From: Takakia lepidozioides
Taxonomy: Eukaryota; Plantae; Bryophyta
NCBI GenBank assembly: GCA_030704615.1
Contig: CM060732.1
Coordinates: 72,230,001-72,294,000, forward strand
Direction of reading: 5' to 3'
Length of the DNA: 64,000 bases
The position numbers and the translations under genes were made by a program. Shown here piece by piece: positions 1-11,260 of this stretch; position 1 is the first letter of the stretch, and the number at the start of each line of letters is the position of its first letter. The notes under the pieces are model-generated. The model saw nothing but the letters and a program-made list of their open reading frames with translations, did not search any database and was not told the origin of the DNA.

Positions 1-2
1 AC

Positions 3-1485
3 TGTCGTGAGCCCTGTTGAGACAGACTACTTGCAATAAATAACTAGTTTTTATAATGACACTTGGGCTTGATCCAAGTGTCAATCCAGGGGTCAAGATA
101 TTTGTTGGCCCCTCGGCGTGGCTTATCTTCATGGTGAACGCGCGGTGAGGCTCATCTCTCTCGAGTTGAGCCTCCCGAGAGCCAGATTTGTTTGCATCCA
201 TTCGTAGAGAAGCTGCTACAGTTCTCAACCTTGACGATCCGGACGTGTGGGCACGTGCGTGTGATCAGCGTGCAGAGTTGTTCAAGAAAGTCATGCCCAT
301 GGCTTTTGAGAACCTTGTCATTGCACAACATCGTGATACGTTGAGGTATGTTACCATACGTGGTGGGGGATATCGTCCTGGGGTTCGGAGATTTAACCCT
401 GGTGACTATGTTTATCTGCAGCAGACTGCTCCTACGACCCTGGATGTGACTGCAGGTCGTACTATTTTGAGGGTTCGAGAGGTGTTGCCCTCAGGAGTCT
501 TGATCTTGGAGGGTCGGGATGGCATGACTTGGAAGGACCATGTGCGTAATTGCGCGTCATGTCACCTTCTAAATATTGATGGAAGGGTTGACCCAAACTT
601 GGCGGTGGTACCTGCAGGTTTGCGGTGCATGTTGTGTAGGTCTGCTAGAGGGGCAGCCACCATGCTGGTATGCGATCGATGCTCAAAAGGTTGGCACATG
701 GGATGCTTGACGCCACCTCTTGATATGGTTCCTGATAGGGATTGGTTGTGTCCACGCTGCATTTAATAGTGATAATGGATACAACCATGGGAGACTAATA
801 AGAACCACAAGGCCAAGCTACTATGGGACCAATACACGAGATCTCTGGCTCAAGTTCACAGATTGCAAGACGGCGAATAATGATGGGGCTACTCTTGTAC
901 TCGACCTCTTGGTCTATAGAGTTTGAGTACAATAGGGACAGTGATAGGACTTAGTGAGGCTGTGGCTATTACCTCTTGTAGCTATCTGGAGTTAGAGGGA
1001 CCTAACCACCAGCTAAGGGGGCGATTGTGGCAAACTGATTTGCGTGTATATATATGTTGTGTGGTTTGGACAACGATGTAATTGTGTAGCGAGGTGTATG
1101 CGCACGACAGTTGTCAAGTAAAGTTTACTAGTAGTGTGAAACTAGCCAATAAATAATTAGTTTTTATATATGACACTTGGGCTTGATCCAAGTGTCAACC
1201 CAGGGATCAAGATATTTGTTGGCCCCTGGGCGTGGCTTATCTTCATGGCGAACGCGCGGTGAGGCTCATCTCTCTCGAATTGAACCTCCCGCGTCGGCTA
1301 TGGCGCGTGTACTATTGATTCCCCAAAGCCTTGGGGGTGCAGTGGACTTGATTATTATTTTATGAGTGAAATGTTGGTTTGGTTTTGTGCATCTTTTCAT
1401 TGTGGCAGACTGATTTGTGTGTATGTATATGTTGTGTGGTTTGGACAACGATATAGTTGTGTAGCGAGATGTATGCGCACGACAG
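3..1485 (+). mobile_element. Internally deleted Ty3/gypsy-like element (terminal repeat + integrase C-terminus/PHD + second terminal repeat); same family as 15217-23532
   Basis: About 145 bp at 33-177 recurs at 1147-1291 and 15255-15385. Purine tract AAGGGGG precedes TG at 1026. 85-bp direct repeat at 1026-1110 and 1401-1485. The left end may extend beyond the window. Confidence 0.75.
178..766 (+). pseudogene. Ty3/gypsy integrase C-terminal fragment ending in a PHD finger
   Basis: REPDLFASIR..FNPGDYVYL..WKDHVRNC (GPY/F-type integrase tail), then C4HC3 PHD: CMLC..MLVCDRCSKGWHMGCLTPPL..VP..DWLCPRC. The N-terminus is fused directly to terminal-repeat sequence at ~177. Confidence 0.8.
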
Positions 1486-2046
1486 ATATGAAGGATGATT
1501 TTGAATTGTGAGCTGTAGAATGGTATTATTTTGGGATTTACTGTCATTATTTTTGTTTGTTTTTCTTCCAATGAAAACATGGGAACAACAACTCACAATC
1601 AAGCCAACACTAGTTTTTAAAGGTAAGATGACTGTGAACTGATCTGAGACCGGTCGTAGATCAAAGCCGATGTATCTGTGTGAGCCACAACTTGCAGGTC
1701 TATGTATCATATCTTATTAGATTTATGCTGGTTGGATAGAGTCCACCCCCTAAAAAGAAGCAGTGTGGTGGGATCATAGTCTATATGCGTAAAAAATGTC
1801 CATATGCTATATCTTAAATTTGGACTTATGCTATTGACCCATGGGAAAGTGACGAGGACAAACTCTGAAGATCATATATTGGTATCATATTAGACTGGAC
1901 TCATTTTCCCTCCTCACTTTCCACACCTTGATAGATTTGCATTGACTCTACACTAACTCATTGCTCCAAAGCACTATACTGCAAATATAATAACATCTTA
2001 ACAAATATAAAATGTACTCTCCAACTATGGACTTCTCAAACAAAAA

Positions 2047-2253
2047 ATCAATATATGAAGCAAGTAGTTTGTTTGTTCGTTTTGTAGTGTTGAGATCTCC
2101 CAAACCGCGGGCCCCAACCCTAGTGCTTGGTACCGTTGGAAAGCCCTCGATGAAGAGGGGTGCACCGACTTTGGTCTCATAATTTTTGGGCCTACGGTGT
2201 GGGAGATGTTGAATTTCAAGTACTTTTGGTCGTTGAAAATTCGTGAAAAATAG
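2047..2253. repeat. Dispersed ~205-bp repeat, copy 1
   Basis: Near-identical reverse complement at 24228-24435 (core CTTGGTACCGTTGGAAAGCCCTCGA). Confidence 0.85.
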
Positions 2254-2591
2254 CAAAGGGGGCTTTCCTTGGACAATGATTGGATATATCAATATATGAA
2301 GCCTTGACATAGGAGACACACTTGGATACACAGGCGATTGCACTTGGACCTAGATGACATTGGACACTTGGGCCAACGGCACAGGCTACCCTAGTTAACA
2401 ATTAAAATCTATGAGGACGGAACCCTTTGCATTGCAATGGCAACAATTGCGACGTATTATGTATGTACATGGTGGTTTCAAGTCTCTCTTTCTATTGTAA
2501 AATGGAGTATAAAATGTCAGCAGGTCTACATGTTAAGTTACATGTTTATGTGTCAGACTTACCGGGGTGCCAAATCCAATAGCCAAACACC

Positions 2592-2977
2592 TTTGTTTAA
2601 GGAGGACACCGGGATTAATGTAAGAATTTAATGCACACGTGCAATCTCTCAAAGGACAGTTTGCCGTTTTTGGCACGTCAAATCTTCCTCACCCTCTCCC
2701 CAGAGTGGTATCGAACTGAAGGGAGTGTAACTCCGTTTGGGGTTACACTAGATTAAACGGAATGGAATGTAACTCTACTACTCACACTAAATAAAATGGA
2801 CTAATCGGAGTTACACAAAAGGTGTAACCCCAATCGGAGTTATACTTCCTTCCATTCCATGTCATACTCGAGAGAGGGTGGGGAAGATTTGACATGCCAG
2901 AAACCGGTTTACCGCCTTATGTTGCACGTGTGTCTTAAGTTCTTACATTACTCCCAATGTTCTCCAAGACAAACAAA
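2592..2977. mobile_element. Foldback/MITE-like long imperfect palindrome
   Basis: Arms ~2592-2748 and ~2822-2977 are reverse complements, e.g. TAATGTAAGAATTTAATGCACACGTGCAA vs TTGCACGTGTGTCTTAAGTTCTTACATTA, and GTAACTCCGTTTGGGGTTACAC vs GTGTAACCCCAATCGGAGTTAT. Confidence 0.8.
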
Positions 2978-3614
2978 ATAATTATGATAACTTCACATTC
3001 AAGTTTATTCAGAGAGCCCACCTATTTTTCAGTTCCATTATGATTGAAAAAGAAAAAGAAAAAAATGATTATGTGATGGTGGTTTGGTCGCAGGCCATTT
3101 TTTATTTTATTTTTAAATATTTTGTTTTTATTTTTATAGACAAAGGGGTTGGAGGCCCTTTTAATCAAATTAAATAATAAAAGAGTACAAAAAGGTGGAA
3201 AAAATAACCACCTTAGTAGCTATAGGGGGAGAGAAGGACCGAGAAACAAGGTGGGGTGAGTGTGAAGCTGCAGGGAGCAGAGCTGATGGCAGCAGACCAG
3301 AACTCGAGCTTAGCCTTGAAGAGAGGGTCCTTTGAGCGCTACAAGCCAATTGAGTCACGAGGCCTAACGCAATTGCAATCTTGGTCGAGTTACCTATTCC
3401 AGTAAAATGTGAAGGAAAAAATATTCTGTTCGAAGAAAGGGGACAAAAAAAATAACAAAAGAAAAGGGAGGGGGGCGGGAGGCAGTTAATTTTAGCGTGT
3501 TATCCCGGCACTGGCTAAACCCCGAGACATGGGTATAACTGCACACGCACAACTCCCTGCCATCGAGACTCCCGGGATTCGTAAGACTCTCGAAACATCT
3601 CCAGAACCCTCCAA

Positions 3615-3790
3615 CGCCCGCGTTGCCGTGTCTAAATCCCGGTGAATCCCAGGGACTCTGCGCGTCCTCTCCACGAGCAGTATAGAACTCCGTGTGCCAC
3701 CCGGCGAGAGAGAGATTGTAGGTGGGCCCTGAGGTTCGACTGAACGCGGCCTCGTGCGGATTATGAGGCTCTGCAAAACCTTTATATACC
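3615..3790 (+). promoter_or_regulatory. Putative core promoter of the DREB gene: TATA-like box plus three CGCG boxes
   Basis: TTTATATA at 3781-3788. CCGCGT (~3618), GCGCGT (~3660) and ACGCGG (~3745) match the CAMTA-type vCGCGb motif. Motif match only. Confidence 0.4.
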
Positions 3791-4173
3791 TACTGGCCTG
3801 CCCTCATACCATCGCTGCATTCAGTTCTCTCTCAAAGCTCACAAAGAGGAGAAGTGAAACACAGTCTCTCAGACTTGTAAAGCCATAGGTTTTGCACGCT
3901 GTACGTCTTCTGAATTGTTTCAGAGTTCCAAATTCAATCCTTGTCCACTTTCAAGTGTGGGATTCCAAGTGCTCTCTCTCTCATAGAAACCGACTTCTGT
4001 AAAACCCAGCTCTGTTGCAAGCTCTTTCAAAAGAACAAGGCCGGGGAAAAACCACTTTGATTGATTTCTTCCTGTCGATCGAAGACTCTGTGGCTAAACC
4101 ATCTTTTATTTTCGTTGCTGACACACAAGCAGAGATTGGACGATCAAGCACACACCGATCAAGCGACCGGAGG

Positions 4174-4902
4174 ATGGTGGATAAGCAATCGTCTGCAACT
4201 AGCGGGAGAGGAGCTGCCCTTTTGGCTCCGGTGAAGCGGGTCTCTCATAAGGGGAACGTGTACAGGGGTGTCAGAATGCGCGCATGGGGAAAATGGGTTT
4301 CGGAAATTCGAGAGCCCAACAAGAGGTCGCGCATTTGGCTGGGATCATTTCCAACCCCAGAGATGGCGGCCCGAGCTTACGATGCCGCTGTGCTTTGCTT
4401 GCGAGGGCCCTCTGCGACTCTCAATTTTCCTGACTTGCCCCCACCCCTTCTTCCTCAGTCTACGTCCCCGAGGGACATTCAAGCTGCTGCTGCTGCGGCT
4501 GCCGCATCGGCCGTCCCTCCGGCCACACCTCTCGCCATCACCAGACTCGAGGGCCAAGTTTCTTTGAGGCATTCGACCAGCCCATCACTGGATGACGAGG
4601 CCACATTTGATCGTGATGAAACTTCTGTGGGTGAGGTGCAATGTGGTACAGGTGTTTGTGAAGCTACTTCCCCGATTACAGAAATGAACTCGCAGAATCT
4701 GGAAGCAGGGACGGACTGGCTAGATGGGGAGTTGGGAGACTTACAAGAACCCCTCATTGATTTTCCCGCATTGATCTCGGCAGACATGGCGGACTGGAAT
4801 CTGCCCACACCCTCTCAGGACCAACGCCAGACAGTGTGTCTTGAAGTTTATGAAGATATCAGTGACGACAACACACTTTGGGAGCCTTGCCTTTGGAGCT
4901 AA
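4174..4902 (+). CDS. AP2/ERF transcription factor, DREB subfamily (TINY/A-4/A-5-like), intronless, ~242 aa
   Basis: [57 protein letters not shown] with V14/E19 DREB residues, post-domain [10 protein letters not shown] and C-terminal LWS. First in-frame ATG is at 4174. Confidence 0.95.
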   Translation: MVDKQSSATSGRGAALLAPVKRVSHKGNVYRGVRMRAWGKWVSEIREPNKRSRIWLGSFPTPEMAARAYDAAVLCLRGPSATLNFPDLPPPLLPQSTSPRDIQAAAAAAAASAVPPATPLAITRLEGQVSLRHSTSPSLDDEATFDRDETSVGEVQCGTGVCEATSPITEMNSQNLEAGTDWLDGELGDLQEPLIDFPALISADMADWNLPTPSQDQRQTVCLEVYEDISDDNTLWEPCLWS

Positions 4903-6004
4903 CGCCGGCCACACTCCCATTCTACAGTACAAAAACAGCCTTTGGACCTTTGCAATGAACAGGAACAAACACAAAAAACCCACAGTTTTCCCGGGAAGAA
5001 TCACCTCAATGGAGAGCTCAAAGGTACAAGTTGCACTAGCCAATGGAGCTACCATTATTCCTGCTGGTGGCTGAAAACATCCACAATACAGGGTTCCCAA
5101 GGATTGACATGCCCTGGTATCTGAAATTCAGCTGAATTAGAAATCAGGTCCATCTGGAGTTCCCGATACGAGGCGTCGCAACAAATGTCCTCACGACATC
5201 ATACAGGCAATTGCTTGCCAGTCAATTGGAGTGTACACTTAAGATACAGTCCAGACCCAATTTTGCATTCAGGGTCTACACAAGTGATGTGATTTGGATT
5301 GCAAAGCAGACACATCACCGCCATTCTTTGCTGGGTTGCTTAGAAGATTAACAGCCCAATAAATTTAGTTACTGAGAATTAGGTAGGTAGGGGTACTTCA
5401 GAGAGTAGCAGTTTTTGTTAACTGTGATTAGGTACTCAACATTCAATTGGCGTAATACACAGCCACATTCATTTGCTCTGATTCACCTTCCCACCATCTG
5501 CGTTGTTCTCTCTCTCTCTTCTCTCTCACTCGCGGCAGGGCGCTTCTCAATGCAGTTCGCAAGATATTTTGCAGAGTTACAGGTCTCGAAGTTTCTAGTC
5601 GTCTCGAAGTTTATCTGGAGTCTAGAGGTTGTGGTTGTTTCCATGAAGGCCAACCTGGCTTTCGGCGAAACTGGGCCTCCGTGGATCATATCTTCAGGGC
5701 TTTATAAATAAGGGTCCCAAATTCTGGCAGGGGTTATTCCTGAAGGTCAAAAAAAAGGGAGAGGATTAGAGCAGCCAATGGGGAGAGAGGGCAAGTGTGT
5801 TGGAATGGATGTGAGGCCACACATCCACCTATACAGGCTAGCATAGAAGTAGGAGGGAGGGCCCTCCTTCTAGTTTTAGAGCTTTCCGGAAGCCGGATGA
5901 GGCAGTGGGGATGTGGTGGTGGCGCCCCCCCTTAGAAGGCTACACCACCTTCTTGAGACATGTATAACAAGGATAAGGGGACATTTTTAATACAAGGTCT
6001 GTTC

Positions 6005-6803
6005 CAGTGTTGGGAGAGTGTTGGGAGAGTGTTGGGTAAGTAGAGGGTGTGAACACGGGTATCAATGCGGGTATGTGGACCCGGACCCGCCAAGTACATT
6101 GTTGGATAATACCCGTAACCTACCCACCGGTTAAGTGTTGACCTGATATTGATGCTAAGCCCTCGGATAAGGTTTCGATGATATTGATATTGATATTTAT
6201 GAGGGCTAAGAAAAAACTAGATTTCTCACATATCATCATCAAGTGGCTGGATTTTCACATTAAATGTCACATTTTAGTCCATCGTTTCAGGGATTTAGCA
6301 CCCTCTTAAAAACATATTAAACCGATAAGTGATACTAATACTTCAACCCTGTCAAACATTGCCCAAATTTACACACCATACCTTGAAAAATACAAGCTAC
6401 TTAAAGTACTTAGGAATACAAACTAATTTTATAATTCTAGCCACCTAAATAAGTACATTAGCATTAGTATTAGCTAGAAGATAACATTCTGATTTAATTA
6501 GTTAGTATTCCACATCACTTTGGTTAGTTTGGATAAATTTTACATAGACAAGGCACTCTTAAAAAATGGTTAAAGATTTTTTTTAAACCCCAGCCTCGGG
6601 TTGATAACAGTAGGTTATCATCCATGTTTGATTGTTATTGATATGTTGTCTAATAATTTTGATAATGGGCTTGATTGATCCCCCCCCCCCCCCCCCCGGG
6701 TATGTAAATCTAGTATTGGTCTCCGGCGGGTAAGTCCACAACCTCACACCGCCAATACCCGGAACCAGCGGGTCTTACAAAAGATAATAATCTCCCAACA
6801 CTG
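6005..6803. mobile_element. Non-autonomous hAT element 1
   Basis: TIR CAGTGTTGGGAG...CTCCCAACACTG; 8-bp flanks GTCTGTTC / GTTTGTTT. Confidence 0.8.
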
Positions 6804-6811
6804 GTTTGTTT

Positions 6812-7836
6812 CAGTGTTGGGAGGGTATATGAATTACCCTGATATACCCGGCGGGTATATTGATATATATATACCCTGGTGTGGCAAGTTTAGGTACCCG
6901 GATGTATACCCTTATATCAGGGTATATTTTTATGATATACCCTTATCCTTATATTTACCCTGCATCAAGACCCTCAATATACCCTACTTTCCTCAGGGGT
7001 ATGTCTAATCAGGGTATATAAGGGCCTTTAAGTGCCTTCATAGCCTTTTTGTGCTAGGTCTTTTCTCTTTTTGTTGTGTTGTTATGGAGCCTTGAGCTAT
7101 AAGAAAGCTCCAATCACAGCTAAAACAAATGTTACATATATATATCATGCCTTAAATGTCATATAACCCAAACAATACCTCTTCAGATCTCGCCTATATA
7201 TATATATATATAAGGAAACCAGCCCACAATTTAGGTCCTTGAGGGGTTTTTATTTATTTATTTATTTAAGGAAATCTGGGAGCGACAACCCACAATTCAG
7301 GCCCTTGAGGAGGGGGAAAGATTAACCCCCTTTCATTTATGGGCCATGAGACCTACAGGACGATCAACACCCAAACATACCATCACACGAACAATCCAAC
7401 ATACGGGGCAGGGCAGCGGGTTCGAACCCTGAACCACCTGAGTGACACACACTGTGCACTTACCGGCTGAGCTACCACCCGATGTGTTTTTTTTTTTAAT
7501 CTCAAACCTCCTCCATCTTGCATTGGAAATTAACACCAAAATATTATGCAATATCTTATCAATTTTCTCTTTTACCATAGATTGTTTTTTTGTGTGTGTG
7601 TGTGTTTTGTACATATTGAAGAACATCTTGTGAGCAGTCGCTCCCAGGTTTTTATATATTCTTTAAAACCATTAAATTATATATTAATGGAAATAACTAT
7701 CCATACCCGGAAACTATTCATACCCTCAGGGTTTATTTTGGCATATTTATCCATACCCGGAGGGTAAATGATTTGACAAAAATAATTTACTTATACCCTA
7801 AGGGTATATTGAAATCAATATACCTGCACAACACTG
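6812..7836. mobile_element. Non-autonomous hAT element 2 (contains a SINE)
   Basis: TIR CAGTGTTG...CAACACTG; 8-bp flanks GTTTGTTT / GTTTGTTC; subterminal GGGTAT/ATACCC repeats. Confidence 0.8.
7248..7485 (-). mobile_element. tRNA-derived SINE
   Basis: Minus strand: A box TAGCTCAGCCGG, B box GGTTCGAACCC, (TAAA)n tail at ~7248-7268. Confidence 0.7.
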
Positions 7837-8199
7837 GTTTGTTCCACCTCCATGGCACTTTGGTGGGCTCCCCAAGCATGCCCCCCTTAGAAAATTAAAA
7901 TTCAGCTCAGCTATTCTATTAATTAATATAGCTATGGTTCATGTTTTTGGCCCTGAGTGAGCATGTACTAATTTAATAAGTAGTAAGAGGTAGGGAAGAT
8001 AGCGCTCTCTCCTTCATATGCCCTCTAAGGGTGATGGCCTGTCAAGGGACTTTACTTACCCCAATTTGGCGCCTGAACCATCATCCATTTAATAGTTGTG
8101 GTCTTCCTACATTCCTACCGTCATTTTTCTTACCCCCTTACACAATGGTTATTTGTTATTTCTTCAAATCCTTGTGTAGTATATCCCCCTTTTTAATTC

Positions 8200-8930
8200 C
8201 TGGACCACCCTCTAATGGACAAGGCCCACGCAAACTTGGGAGGCTTATTGCATGTTTTCCGTTGCATCTTCTGTTGTGCATCGTGCCAGGCTCTTATCTT
8301 GTGCGGGACCAAGGGCGGGCTCTTGGCTTATAACACGACCCACTATCGCGCCGTTTCGTTTGTCGTCTCCAATCTTTGCCGCGGCTCTCCGCATTTGTCT
8401 TGGCTTACCACATCATTATGTGTTTGGCTTACAACGTTGTGTTTGTCACTAGCCCATCGATCCACTTGCTCTTCACCTCCTTCATTGTCCATGTGGAGGA
8501 GACCGTACCACGACTCATGATGTTGTGTGGGACGCCATCACTTCTGTTGCTCGAGAGGCTGGAATTCATGTGTTGCGGGAGCAAACTCATATGCTTCCCT
8601 CTCGTACGCTTTAGTCCACTCATCGGCACGTCGACATCGTCTTCTCTCGAGATGGTTTGCGCACCCTTGCAGATGTTGTCATTGCCGACCCTACTCGATC
8701 CAACTTACTTTCTCAATCGCCTCTTCCTAAGGCATTGTCGCTTTGATTGCTGCACAGACCAACGATTTTCTTCGTACTTGTGCTCATCATGCTGTTCAGA
8801 ACAAGATCAATGGTTTTCCCCATGCTTCTGCCTTCATAGCTTTCTATAGACAACGGGTTTCCGTAGCTCTACAGAGGGCACAGGCCAGGTCCATCTTGCA
8901 TTGGACTATTGTAGCTGGCATGGGTTCTTC
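8200..8930 (+). mobile_element. Degenerate 3' fragment of an RLE-type (CRE-like) non-LTR retrotransposon
   Basis: ARLLSCAGPRAGSWL..ALRICLGLP..CVC..HLLHC..THD (zinc knuckle/RHD-like), RHVDIV..LADVVIADPT (PD-(D/E)xK-like) and FYRQRVSVALQRAQARSIL, spread across frameshifts. Confidence 0.65.
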
Positions 8931-9049
8931 TCACCTGGTCGAGAGAGAGATGACTCCGGCCGAAGCCGGCGTAACTAAGAGCCACTTCGCCTTGCGGCTA
9001 CTGCCCCTTTTCAGGGTGGGCCTTATTCGTTAATTGGTATTGATACCTA

Positions 9050-9790
9050 CATCAACACAATCTTATCAAACTCATGACCAATATCACCGGGATACAATCC
9101 TTCGTCTATTGAAATCGGAGGATCTCCTCTTTCATGGAAATTTGAAGCGTTTCACTATCAACGAACATGAAGGTCCTTTTAAGGTATGGCTCAGCTCATA
9201 TGAGTTTTTTGTGAAGCGGTTTGGGCTTACCAAGGTGTTGGCCACTTTCAGCATATTGATGAATAACCTCTTTCATGAGCGGTTAGATGATGTCGTGATT
9301 GTCTACATTGGTGATATCATGGTCTACTCAAAGACAAAAGAAGCCCACCTGGAGCACTTTAAAAAAGTTTTCTAACTGTTGTGGAAAGGGAAATTCTATG
9401 CCAAAACTTCAAAGTTCAAATTTGGGGTCACAAAAGTGCAATTCCTTGGGCACAAGATTACGTAGAGATTGGATAAAGATGGATGAGATGAAAGTGAAAG
9501 TAATTTTGGACTGAGAACCTCCGACATCGGTTCTGGGAGTGCGAACTTCTTGGGACTCGCCTCTTACTACCGAAAGTATGTGAGGAATTTTGCTAAGATT
9601 GCTAGACCGTTGTCGGACCTCCTGCAAAAGTATAAGACCTGGGAGTGGATATGCTTTGTAACCAAGCATTTGCCGAGTTGAAGCAGCGGTTGGTGGAAGC
9701 TCCAGTTTTGAAGATCTTGGAGTTCAACCATCCGTTCGAGATCATACAAGCATGTTGAACTTCACAATTGGTGGTGTTTTAATTTAGGAT
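9050..9790 (+). mobile_element. Degenerate Ty3/gypsy RT-RNase H fragment
   Basis: YEFFVKRFGLT..ATF..VIVYIGDIMVYSKT..HLEH, followed by FLG/YYRKYV..F..IA.PL.DLL-type sequence in broken frames. Confidence 0.8.
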
Positions 9791-9799
9791 AGGCGTCTT

Positions 9800-10975
9800 A
9801 CTTACTGCCTGACGTTGCCTGGATTTAAGGAAGAAATATCTAGACATCTTTTCACCCTTAAGAGACCACCTGATACCCGCTTTAAGCCTCAAGTTATCCT
9901 CCTTGATCTCATGGAAACCCATTTGGAAGGATGTCTAGCGCGCAAGGATGGGGCAGCAAAGATCTATGGCTTCCATTGGAAATTAATTAATCGTGTGTTA
10001 AATGTGCTTAGCTACTGTCCGAATGCTCCCTCCCCTTGTAGGGTCTGTAACCTTAATGTTCCTGAATCCCTGGAGCATTGCTTTGTGGAATGCCAGGTTG
10101 CCAGGCAGGTTTGGAGTAAGGCTTTGCCCTTTTATGCCTTCTGAAAAGCTCTGTCTGTTGCTGATTTCTCTTCAATTGTCCTTCTTAATTATGCTGATGG
10201 TTCCATCTGGACCACTTGTGTGGGCAACGCTTAGGGCTCACCTCTAGTGGAATCTTTGGGAAGCCAGATGTGCTCTGATTTTCACTGGTAAACCAGTTTG
10301 TGTGAGAACCATTATTTGTAAGTCTCACTCAGACATGATGTCTGAAGCTCGCAAGGCCTGACTGGTTTTGGGGGTAGCTCTTCGCAGATGCGGTGGGAGG
10401 AGAAGAGCTCAATTGCTTGTAGATTTTGATGGAGCATGGGGCAGAGGTGGACGGCTCTATTCAAGGGAATCTGATTCCAGAATTTAATGGTGCGACAACC
10501 TCCCACAAGGTTGGTAGTTCTCTCAGCACAATGCAATCACGTCTTGGTGGTGAAGACTCCGAGATCAACTGGAGGCACAACAAGTCTTGTAGGAAGAGAA
10601 AGGCTAGAGCCCAGCTTTCGTATGGTAGTATCAGCTGATTCTAGCTTCTCTGTCCTTTTCTAGCTGATTTCTAGCTTATTTGTCCTTGCTTGGCAGTGTC
10701 TGCATTTCTTGTTTGTTTAGTTGTAGCCTCTCGCTACGTTTTCCTTGTTGTCCTTGGACTGGTTTCCTTTAGCACGCTTCTAATGGCCTTGGTAGTCTTT
10801 TCTTCTCCCCTGTATCTCTCTACCTCTAGCTCGAAGGAGTGTCTTCCTACATCAGCCTCCATGGCACCCTCTCCAGAGGTTATTTTTTCCTCTTTGTATC
10901 TCCTGGACATTTTAAGTCCTTTATCTATAAAGTTCATGAGGCCTCCGTCCCTATCTTTTTTTTTCTTAAAAACAA
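9800..10975 (+). mobile_element. L1-like LINE 3' fragment
   Basis: zf-RVT CRVC..PESLEHCFVECQVARQVW, then W.LWEARC-like motif and a 3' UTR. Confidence 0.7.
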
Positions 10976-11260
10976 CTCTTGAGCCTGAACCTGCTTACGT
11001 ACATCTTTAAGAATTCCTAACAAACGGCCGCCTTCAAATATACAACATACTCTACAATGTGTTCACTCCCTGGGCTCCCAATTGGTTTATCTCCACAAAA
11101 AAGCAATGATAGAATCTGTAAGGCACAGAATTGATGCCTTGCATCTTCCAAGAATCCTACTCCAAATTTGTTGCAGCTCTAGTGTCTAATAATCGACTAC
11201 AATTTGTTCACAATTGGCGGATATTAACTCGTTTTGTGGGATGATCCGGCGGCTCTTGCA

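Noticed and set aside
4015-4173. N-terminal extension of the AP2/ERF ORF
   Set aside because: Begins at TTG; the first ATG is at 4174, so this is probably 5' UTR.
7405-7480. tRNA gene
   Set aside because: A and B boxes are present, but there is no proper acceptor stem or cloverleaf, and it continues into a body and (TAAA)n tail. Called a SINE; the same applies to 13417 and 63892.
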